A stretch of DNA of 58,348 bases, taken from assembly GCA_034005815.1 (NCBI GenBank), contig JAVETY010000001.1, forward strand, positions 1-58,348, given 5' to 3'. The position numbers were made by a program, and so were the translations under genes. The notes under the pieces were generated by a model. The model was not told the origin of the DNA. It saw only the letters and a list, made by a program, of their open reading frames with translations, and did no database searches. How positions within the stretch are numbered: the first letter of the stretch is position 1; every line of letters begins with the position of its first letter. This DNA comes from Sulfurimonadaceae bacterium (GTDB lineage Bacteria > Campylobacterota > Campylobacteria > Campylobacterales > Sulfurimonadaceae). Of this stretch, positions 50,946 through 58,348 are shown piece by piece.

Positions 50946-52564
50946 TGCATTATCTTCTTTTTGTGCTCGGCAAGTCTGTCATACATGTTAAGGATATTTT
51001 TATATTCTTGATGAAGTGTTATATCTACAAAACTCTTTTTATTATCTAATATGAGAAGTGTTTTTTCTAACATCTCCTGACCAAAAAGAGACGCAAACGC
51101 TAGTTTGAAATCTTCCAAAGATTCATTTATCTCTTGCATCAGGATAAGCTCGCCTAAAAGTATGGCATGTGGCTGTTTGGAGTATGGCAAAAGCTCAAGA
51201 GCTTCTTCGTACATCTCTAGCTTGAGATAGGTATCGATTTTAAAGTCACAAAGTGTGAAGTTGTGAGCAAATACTACGCCGATATATTTTTGCATATCGA
51301 GTGAGTCTTCGAGATTTTCTACCATAGTGAGGATATCTTCTGTATCGTATTTGTGAGGATTCAAAACCATATCACGAATCTCTTTACCACGGTTTTTATT
51401 ATTATAGATAAGGTCATTGATAGGATATACTTCAGAGAAACCTGGCACGATCATTTGGCATGTATAAAACCCTAGATAATCATACTCTCGGATATATATG
51501 TTTTTATTCATGGCATGTAAGATATTTACAAGATACTCGTACTCATCATCGATAGAGCTGCCAGTATAGGTATAAGAGGTAAACTCAAAACTTTTTTGTG
51601 CAGATAAAAATCCAAGCCCCATAATCCCATTGGAATCTACAAAATGTGACTCTATATTAAAGCTATCTGCTACGATACTCATATCAAAAGTAGGGACCTC
51701 AAAGGTGTCAAGATTGTCAAGATTGCGTCCTTGCATCAGCTCTGTCATAGTACGTTCAAGGGAGACTTCTAAGATAGGATGTGCACCAAAAGAGACAAAT
51801 AGAGTCGCATTTTTTGGATTGATAAGAGAGATAGCCGTTACAGGAAATTTGCCACCCAAAGAGGCATCTAAAACCTCTATAATATAGCCATGAGAGCGAA
51901 GTGTACATAGATCTTCATAGACTTTTTTGTATTTTTTTAAGTCCGCCTCAGCAAATGGAGGGAGTGCGTAGTTATTTTTGATAATTTCTATCTTGGTGTA
52001 ACGTTCTATGATTTCACTAAGCGCTTGTACTTGCGCCTCTTTTGGAGTATTGCCTGTTGCAAGACCATTGCTTACATAAAGATTTGTAAGGATATTGATA
52101 GGAAAATATGCTTGTGTACTCTCACTTAGCTTGGTAAATGGCAAACATACGATTGCATCATCTTTGTCACTATTAAAATCTACTAAATCCTCTAGTGCCA
52201 ACTCTTGGTGTGGATCATAAATCTCTAAAAGTTCTGGGCTCAGATATCCACCATCCAAATCAAATGCTACTTCATCCGGATAATATGCACGTGAGGGTAG
52301 ATAGAAATCTATAAAAAAAGTATTGCTCTGCAACCTCTCTATATATTCCCCCAAAGCACTCGCTATAGAAGCCTCACTCAGCGTGCCTTTACCATTTGTA
52401 TAGATAAGACTCGGTGCTTCTGTTGAGGCTAAGTTATGAGAAAAACAGTGCTCTAACGGATGCTTTTGTGTAGAAAAAGTAGTGTCATAACCTGCGTTTG
52501 TAAGGGCTTTTTGCATAGAGGCGATACTTGTTTGCAGTGGAGATGCTTTAGATGGGAAGTTCAT
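50942..52564 (-). CDS. ycaO: YcaO family protein (E. coli YcaO-like subtype)
   Basis: TNGKG, ASALGEYIER, SNGLATGNT, SEIIER, SFGAHP, ERTMTELMQGR and VPGFSEVYP motifs. Confidence 0.9.
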   Translation of the reverse strand: MNFPSKASPLQTSIASMQKALTNAGYDTTFSTQKHPLEHCFSHNLASTEAPSLIYTNGKGTLSEASIASALGEYIERLQSNTFFIDFYLPSRAYYPDEVAFDLDGGYLSPELLEIYDPHQELALEDLVDFNSDKDDAIVCLPFTKLSESTQAYFPINILTNLYVSNGLATGNTPKEAQVQALSEIIERYTKIEIIKNNYALPPFAEADLKKYKKVYEDLCTLRSHGYIIEVLDASLGGKFPVTAISLINPKNATLFVSFGAHPILEVSLERTMTELMQGRNLDNLDTFEVPTFDMSIVADSFNIESHFVDSNGIMGLGFLSAQKSFEFTSYTYTGSSIDDEYEYLVNILHAMNKNIYIREYDYLGFYTCQMIVPGFSEVYPINDLIYNNKNRGKEIRDMVLNPHKYDTEDILTMVENLEDSLDMQKYIGVVFAHNFTLCDFKIDTYLKLEMYEEALELLPYSKQPHAILLGELILMQEINESLEDFKLAFASLFGQEMLEKTLLILDNKKSFVDITLHQEYKNILNMYDRLAEHKKKIMQ

Positions 52565-52806
52565 TATCGTGTCTTTCTATTATGATATTTAAGAAGAGAA
52601 GTATAGCATTTTATAATTTCACTCTTCTTTGGGTTTGTTGTAATGAGCAATCTCGCATAACATGCTATGGCCATTCACTGTACAAGAGCAAAGATTAGCC
52701 TCGAATTAATTTAAAGTTCCAAAAAGTGCAAAGTAAAACCAAATGGTTAGAAAATCACTTTAAGCTATAATTGCACAAATATAAGCAACTAAAGGGTTAA
52801 AATAGG

Positions 52807-54255
52807 ATGGAATCTCTCGATCTTTTTCTTCTTGTTATTGCTTTTTTAATTTTGCTAAGCGTACTTGCTAGTAAACTCTCCAACACTTTTGGAATTCCAT
52901 CACTCTTTATTTTCTTAGGTTTAGGAATGCTTGCAGGCTCAGATGGGATACTAGGAATACAGTTTGACAATGTTCAAATAGCACGAAATGTAGGTACGGT
53001 TGCTCTGATTTTTATTCTTTTTGGTGGAGGGTTGGATACTGCTTGGAAGGCGATTCGACCTGTTTTAAAAGAGGGGATTATACTAGCTACTTTTGGGGTT
53101 ATCGTTACCGCGTTCATAGTAGCTGTCGGAGTCTACTTTCTCTTTAATTTTAACTTTTTAGAGTCCTTGCTCATAGGTGCTATTATCTCCTCTACGGACG
53201 CTGCAGCAGTCTTTGCGATACTACGAGCCAAGGGTGTGCATCTCAAGAAAAACCTCACACCCTTACTAGAGTTAGAATCAGGAAGCAACGACCCTATGGC
53301 AATTTTTCTCACTATTGCTATTTTACAACTGATTATTATGCCAGAAGCTCCCTCTGTAATAGAGTGGATTTCAGGGTTTTTCTTACAGTTTCTTATAGGT
53401 GGAACACTAGGATATCTTTTTGGAATCACACTTCCTATGATTTTAAATAGAGTTCATTTGAGTTTTTATGGACTCTATCCAGTTCTTACTATTGGATGGA
53501 TTTTATTACTTTTTTCAAGCACTTCTATGCTAGATGGAAATGGATTTTTAGCGGTTTATTTAGCAGGGATTGTTGCCAATACTAAAGAGTTTGTTCATAA
53601 AAAAAGTCTTATTGGTTTTCATGAGGGTATATCGTGGATGATGCAGATCGCGGTCTTCTTAGTTTTAGGACTATTGGTTTTTCCATCAGAACTTCCAAGT
53701 GTTGCACTCTCTGCTTTAGCTATTGCTTTTTGGTTAATGTTCGTGGCTCGTCCTATAGGAGTCTTTTTAGGTCTGGCGTTTAGTAATTTTCCTTTTAAAG
53801 ATAAACTTTTTATCTCATGGGTAGGACTGCGTGGCGCGGTTCCTATTGTTTTGGCGACATATCCATTTATAGAAAACTTTGAGCACTCTCATCTGATTTT
53901 TAACATGGTGTTTTTTATCGTACTTGCATCTATTTTGATTCAAGGAAGCTCTTTGCCATTTGTCGCCAGACTACTCAAAGTAGATGCTAGTAAAAACAAA
54001 AAAGATGAAACACTACTCTCTTCTCCACTTCTCTATAAGACACTCAAGCAATTTTATATTGAAAAAGGTTCTCCAGTCATTCATAAAAGTATCATAGAAC
54101 TTGATCTACCCTCAAACTTTTTAATCCTTTTGATTAAACGAGATAATAAATATATCAAGCCCACAGGCTCTACACTACTTGAAGAAAATGATATGTTGCT
54201 TATTCAAAGCAGTACAAAAAAGCAGTATCTTAAGGTTTTAGAGCGTTTTAGTTGA
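52807..54255 (+). CDS. nhaP2: K+/H+ antiporter NhaP2/CvrA with C-terminal TrkA-C-like domain
   Basis: GMLAGSDG, SSTDAAAVF, LELESGSNDPMA and WVGLRGAVPI motifs. Confidence 0.93.
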   Translation: MESLDLFLLVIAFLILLSVLASKLSNTFGIPSLFIFLGLGMLAGSDGILGIQFDNVQIARNVGTVALIFILFGGGLDTAWKAIRPVLKEGIILATFGVIVTAFIVAVGVYFLFNFNFLESLLIGAIISSTDAAAVFAILRAKGVHLKKNLTPLLELESGSNDPMAIFLTIAILQLIIMPEAPSVIEWISGFFLQFLIGGTLGYLFGITLPMILNRVHLSFYGLYPVLTIGWILLLFSSTSMLDGNGFLAVYLAGIVANTKEFVHKKSLIGFHEGISWMMQIAVFLVLGLLVFPSELPSVALSALAIAFWLMFVARPIGVFLGLAFSNFPFKDKLFISWVGLRGAVPIVLATYPFIENFEHSHLIFNMVFFIVLASILIQGSSLPFVARLLKVDASKNKKDETLLSSPLLYKTLKQFYIEKGSPVIHKSIIELDLPSNFLILLIKRDNKYIKPTGSTLLEENDMLLIQSSTKKQYLKVLERFS

Positions 54256-54306
54256 AAAATTAATTCGGATATGTTTCATCAGATCAATGAGTAATATGGA
54301 TCATTG

Positions 54307-54334
54307 TGTGGTTCAATTCCGCACGCCTCCACCA
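54307..54334 (+). other. Isolated tmRNA/tRNA-Ala-like 3' end (T-arm, acceptor strand, CCA); probable att site
   Basis: TGTGG-TTCAATT-CCGCA-CGCCTCC-A-CCA; no matching 5' half upstream. Confidence 0.7.
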
Positions 54335-54430
54335 ATCACAATATTTAACATAAAAAAACAAGTCCTAAAAATAGGGCTCAATTAGCCTATTTAATCCCAA
54401 CACAAATCATAAAAATTTAAAGCAGATAAA

Positions 54431-54463
54431 AAAATACTACAAAAATACTACTATCATTGCTAC
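54431..54463 (+). repeat. Tandem AAAATACTAC repeats (possible integrase arm-type sites)
   Basis: Copies at 54431 and 54442, plus degenerate TGCTAC ending at 54463; about 100 bp from the att-like core. Confidence 0.45.
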
Positions 54464-54585
54464 TTTTCAGTATTCCTAAACTTCTTATACTATTGCACAT
54501 CATAAGAAGCTTTTTCAAGTAAGGATTTGTCTCTAATAATGAAGTTATAGTACTTTCATAGCTTACTAAATATTATTCTATGAAT

Positions 54586-55458
54586 TTATTTAGTTTTTCG
54601 AAGAACCTCTATATCAATATATTCATCACAATTAGTTTCACCAACCCATTCTTTAACAGCTTGTCTTGCAGATGCATTTTTGAAATTCAAAGATTCTTCG
54701 TTATTAGCCCACTCATACATATCTTTAAAGATTTTCTCATTATGGTTATATTTATCTCTTGCTGATTTTGTCTCTGTGACTACAAACTCTACTTTAACAA
54801 CTTTATGGGCACTTTTAATTTGAACCACTTCCACATCAAGACTGGTAAACTCGTTTATGGAATCGACAGAACTTTTTATAACCTTGCTATTAAGGTCTTT
54901 AAAGTTTTTGTACTGGTTCTCTTTAAAACCCAAAGTGTGCAATAATTCTGTGATAGAATATTGCTTATTATATCTTCTATTTAAAAGTTGTCTTAGAAGC
55001 AAATAAATACGCTTTGTATTAACATTTTTTAATGCCAAAAATTCGTTCATGTACCCTTTAAAGTAAGGTGTCTTAGAATTAATTGTAAGAAAAAATCTTT
55101 TAAAAGCATCATTCAATTTTAGTTGTAGTAGATTGCCATCAATTGTAAAAACAGAAAATATATTTATCTCTACAGGTGACTCTTCTTTAAGACTTATTTG
55201 AATAGTTTGTTCAAAAAGTTCTTCTCGTGCCTTATGGATTGTTAGCTTGTTGATCCTTTTTTTCTTAAAGATCTCTTCAAGTTCTTTTGTTGTAAGTTGA
55301 TATGTAAAAAAATCCTCGTCATTTTTACTATCAATTTGTGTAACTAATAGCAACAACAAGTTGATCGAAAACTCATTTAAGCGAAAGAAAGAAAAATCCA
55401 ATTCATTGAATTCATTTTTGATGGAAAACTGTTGTCTCTTTTTACTAATTGATTCCAC
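54586..55458 (-). CDS. Plasmid replication initiator (Rep_3/RepB family)
   Basis: N-terminal K.N.F, L...E..LL, L.S/N....RIY.LL, Y..FKDLN.KVIK..V..IN pattern; GTG start with GAGGTAA RBS. Confidence 0.85.
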   Translation of the reverse strand: MESISKKRQQFSIKNEFNELDFSFFRLNEFSINLLLLLVTQIDSKNDEDFFTYQLTTKELEEIFKKKRINKLTIHKAREELFEQTIQISLKEESPVEINIFSVFTIDGNLLQLKLNDAFKRFFLTINSKTPYFKGYMNEFLALKNVNTKRIYLLLRQLLNRRYNKQYSITELLHTLGFKENQYKNFKDLNSKVIKSSVDSINEFTSLDVEVVQIKSAHKVVKVEFVVTETKSARDKYNHNEKIFKDMYEWANNEESLNFKNASARQAVKEWVGETNCDEYIDIEVLRKTK

Positions 55459-55479
55459 TATTACCTCATTTATTTTGAT

Positions 55480-55595
55480 TGCATTTATTATACACTTTTT
55501 GCATTTTATATCAACTTTTGATGCATTTTCTTTCTACCTAATTGTCTTATTTTTGCACTTCTTATCTACCTCAATGCATTTCTTGTCTACCTTAA
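55480..55595. repeat. Five degenerate iterons of about 21 bp (consensus TGCAtttyttrTCtACcTyaa) upstream of rep; probable oriV
   Basis: TGCA-anchored copies at 55480, 55500, 55522, 55554 and 55575. Confidence 0.75.
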
Positions 55596-56027
55596 TAGCT
55601 TTAAAATACCTTAAGCAACGAGATTAGTAGAGACATGAAAACAAGTTAGAAAACCAAAAGAGAAAACGATTTGAAAGAAACTTAAAATCTTTTTTCTTTT
55701 TATATTTTTCATTCTTTAATACTCAAACTTGTTTGAGAATAGAAACTTCAATCTACGTGATTTCATTAGCTTTTATGAAAATTGAGAATTAAAAGCCATT
55801 CTCATCCCTTGAATAATAGATAGTTAGGATTTCTATGCCTTTTAATTCTTTTTGTCTCTGAGGCTTTATTTTCATGCAATTAAGAGCATTTTATTCTGCT
55901 TTGCATTAACACTTTGTTCTCTCAGAAGTTTTCTATTGCAATACCTGTTAATATTACAAGCTTCTAAAACCACACAATAAGACTTCATCCAATTTTCTTA
56001 GGAAATTTAATGAAGTTAAAGAAGAGC

Positions 56028-56117
56028 AACTGATAGCTCAGTTACTTATCAATCTGAAACTTTCAGATTGATCTATATAGGAGGGGCACGAATCGACATC
56101 GATGTCGTGCTTGCTTG
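56028..56117. promoter_or_regulatory. Palindrome cluster; oriT candidate
   Basis: AACTGA/TCAGTT; ATCAATCTGAAA-C-TTTCAGATTGAT; GCACGA..CGACATCGATGTCG..TGC followed by TTGC. Confidence 0.45.
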
Positions 56118-56326
56118 ATTTCGCTTTAAACTGTTCTATCAAGGTGTTTCCAAAGAATAAATTCATCTATTAGTTTGGAAATATTTGTTCTCTATGATTA
56201 TTGAATCCAGTGAATATTTTTTTGAATTCTTGCCTGATTTAGGGAATTTCAAGTGATTCCACACAATGTTCAATATTTTTTTATTTTTTTTGATACTACA
56301 AATAAAATACTTAGGAGGTAGAGAGC

Positions 56327-56797
56327 ATGGCAAAAGAAAATTGGAGTGCAAGAATTGAGAGAGAGTTAAAAAAAGAACTGCAAGAGTTTTTGAAAAATTC
56401 AAATAATACAAACGAAGATGTGGTGATTCAAGGGTATGAGGCATTAAAAAAACTACAAGGGCTACATTGCGATTCAGCTTTAAAAGTCACTTCAGCAGAT
56501 AAAAATATTTTCACTGGAGATGTATTCGATATAAATCTTTTTCAAGAGTTAGATATATCAAATATAAACAGAAGTAATCTTCAATATATGTTATCAAGAA
56601 TAAGTTTTTGGAAGCCTTACCAAACTCTTTTGAAAATCAAAAATAGTAGATACCTATTCGTTAAAGAAGTTGATAGTCAGTTTGATGCGATAACTTTTGG
56701 TGTAGTTGGTGAAGAGCTGGAAAGTGTGATATCTCTTCAAAGAATCATCAATGAAGTTGAAAACATAGAAAAAATCTTCGAACTAAGAGTTGGATAA
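56327..56797 (+). CDS. Hypothetical protein upstream of the coupling protein (possible relaxosome accessory factor)
   Basis: AGGAGG RBS; N-terminal WSARIERELKKEL could be ribbon-helix-helix-like (inference). Confidence 0.65.
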   Translation: MAKENWSARIERELKKELQEFLKNSNNTNEDVVIQGYEALKKLQGLHCDSALKVTSADKNIFTGDVFDINLFQELDISNINRSNLQYMLSRISFWKPYQTLLKIKNSRYLFVKEVDSQFDAITFGVVGEELESVISLQRIINEVENIEKIFELRVG

Positions 56798-56801
56798 GAA
56801 G

Positions 56802-58348
56802 ATGAGTAGCTTTATTCAAAGTTTTAACATTGGTGCAAACAATGTATCAATGACAGCTAAATATTTTAAGTTTATAGTAGCTGGAGCAATACTATTTTCA
56901 GCATTAACAATACTCTTGAGCACAACTCTATTTCAAGAGTTTTTTGATTTAAAGATGGAGCCACAAGTTACATCCATACTCGAAGATCTTTCGACACTTA
57001 TCAATATTTTTTTAATGAGTTTTGGAGTTGGAGTAGCACTCACAACCTTAATAGCATATAGATTCGCAAGTGTGTATAAAAAGAAGATTGAAGATGAACA
57101 CATCAAGGGGAGCAGTATTTTATCTGAAGATGATTTTACGAAATATCAATCCCAAAACAGTATCCAAGGGTATGAAATATCTCCAAAAGTGAAGCTCAAT
57201 AAAGATGACTTGACTCGAATGATTGGAATCTTTGGCTCAACTGGTGCGGGAAAGTCTGTGTTACTCAGAAAACTGTTTAAGCAAATCACTCAAGACAATC
57301 AAGATGCGAAGGTTGTTTTTTATGATCCTAAGCCTGAGTTTTTTACGGAATTCTACGAGCCTAATAGAGATTTGATTTTAAGCTTAGAAGACAAAAGAAG
57401 CATTCATATAAATTTATTAAAGCTCATAAAAAGCACAAGGGATCTAAATCGAATTGTAGCTTCTATTATTCCTTCTGCTACAAAAGCGGAAGAAGAAGGA
57501 TGGGTTGTCATGAGCCGCTCTATTCTGAGTGGAATATTTATCTACTGCATCAAAAAAGATATCCAAACTATGCAAGAGTTACGATCTCTTTGCATACTTC
57601 CATTTAACAAGCTACTTGAAAAACTATCAGAAGTTGAAGGAACCGAAGTAGCCATCCAGTTTTTAGATATAGATGAAAAGCAACAAACCATATATCAAGG
57701 CGTATTTAGCTCTAAAATCTCTTTTATAGCAGATTATCCCTGCTTAGATTGTCCTCCTACTAAAAACGGTCATATAGACTTTGAAGAGTTTTTCACATCA
57801 AAAGAAAGAAGAACACTTTGGATTCTTGGAGATGATAGTGATGAGAAAGAGAGACTCAAAAGAACTGTCAGTGTTGCTATAGAACTGGCTTCTAATGCTC
57901 TTTTTGCACTTGGTGAAGATCAAGAGAGAAAGGTGTTCTTCTTCATAGATGAGTTTTCAGAACTCAAAAAAATGGACTCACTCCAAAAACTTATTGTTAA
58001 GGGGCGAAGCTTTGGATGTAGCATTTTTCTCTTGATGCAAAACCCCTTTCAGCTTCAAAAGACTTATGGCAGGGAAGATGCAGAAACAATACTCTCTTGT
58101 TTAAACACTAACATCATCTTTAAAAGCAATGGAGATAAAACACTTGAGATACTCTCAAATATGATTGGTAAAAGTAAAGTAAAAGAGGTGAATAGCAATC
58201 AGTCTTATGGCTTATCGTTGATGCGTGATGGTGCAAGTCACAACGAGAGTAGAAAGATTGAAAACGCAGTTCTTGGTAGTGAAATTCAAAAGCTCAAACG
58301 CGGAGAGATTTACTTTGGGGATATTGAGGGCAACTGGGTAAAGACTGA
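56802..58348 (+). CDS. Type IV secretion coupling protein (TrwB/TraD family), runs off the window; absent from the ORF track
   Basis: Own translation: two N-terminal TMs, Walker A GSTGAGKS, YDPKPEF, Walker B FFIDEF, KGRSFG, Q...QL..TYG. Confidence 0.92.
   Translation, partial: MSSFIQSFNIGANNVSMTAKYFKFIVAGAILFSALTILLSTTLFQEFFDLKMEPQVTSILEDLSTLINIFLMSFGVGVALTTLIAYRFASVYKKKIEDEHIKGSSILSEDDFTKYQSQNSIQGYEISPKVKLNKDDLTRMIGIFGSTGAGKSVLLRKLFKQITQDNQDAKVVFYDPKPEFFTEFYEPNRDLILSLEDKRSIHINLLKLIKSTRDLNRIVASIIPSATKAEEEGWVVMSRSILSGIFIYCIKKDIQTMQELRSLCILPFNKLLEKLSEVEGTEVAIQFLDIDEKQQTIYQGVFSSKISFIADYPCLDCPPTKNGHIDFEEFFTSKERRTLWILGDDSDEKERLKRTVSVAIELASNALFALGEDQERKVFFFIDEFSELKKMDSLQKLIVKGRSFGCSIFLLMQNPFQLQKTYGREDAETILSCLNTNIIFKSNGDKTLEILSNMIGKSKVKEVNSNQSYGLSLMRDGASHNESRKIENAVLGSEIQKLKRGEIYFGDIEGNWVKT

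Larger units (their letters stand above)
54307..58348. mobile_element. Left part of an integrated plasmid-like or integrative mobilizable element (continues beyond the window)
   Basis: att-like site, Rep_3 initiator with iterons, oriT-like palindromes, type IV coupling protein, long AT-rich intergenic DNA. Confidence 0.85.

Noticed and set aside
50942-52564. RiPP biosynthetic cluster around ycaO
   Set aside because: No precursor, E1/ocin-ThiF, TfuA, dehydrogenase or exporter; the sequence resembles the stand-alone E. coli-type YcaO
54256-54334. Full tRNA-Sec or other long-arm tRNA (CAATGA/TCATTG hairpin precedes the T-arm)
   Set aside because: No 5' acceptor strand complementary to CGCCTCC, and no D-arm or anticodon arm can be formed
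55480-55595. CRISPR array
   Set aside because: Repeats are degenerate, nearly contiguous and lack spacers; their position next to rep fits iterons; no cas genes in the window

Overview
Chromosomal window of an AT-rich Campylobacterota (epsilonproteobacterial) genome, probably Sulfurimonas-like (inferred from gene content and order, e.g. tig-clpP-def-comM and purM/coaE). It starts in the 3' part of a 5S rRNA and runs through about 54 kb of mostly core genes: a metal-uptake operon, c-di-GMP genes (including lapG-lapD), selD-mnmH, clpP/tig/def, lspA/glmM, rpsT/prfA, pgm, coaE, purM, modE, tRNA-Ala and tRNA-Gly, rubrerythrin, a two-component system with a porin and an FccB-type sulfide dehydrogenase, a SUV3 helicase, cobQ, ycaO and nhaP2. 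It ends inside an integrated plasmid-like element (orphan tmRNA-like 3' end, Rep_3 initiator with iterons, oriT candidate, TrwB/TraD coupling protein). The strongest unexplained signal is the 9-mer ATGGCATGT. I found at least 21 exact copies by eye on both strands, inside genes and as inverted pairs at gene ends, and none in the mobile element. This is the distribution expected of a DNA uptake sequence. Other notable items: a leaderless CxxC/RAPP (CruR/DUF2946-like) upstream ORF before the metal-uptake operon, a candidate sRNA with C-rich loops, a 121-bp direct repeat bracketing a mosaic selD-mnmH-ychJ insertion, and a DctP-LivK double binding-protein fusion coupled to a GGDEF-EAL protein. All counts and alignments were done by eye and no database searches were run.
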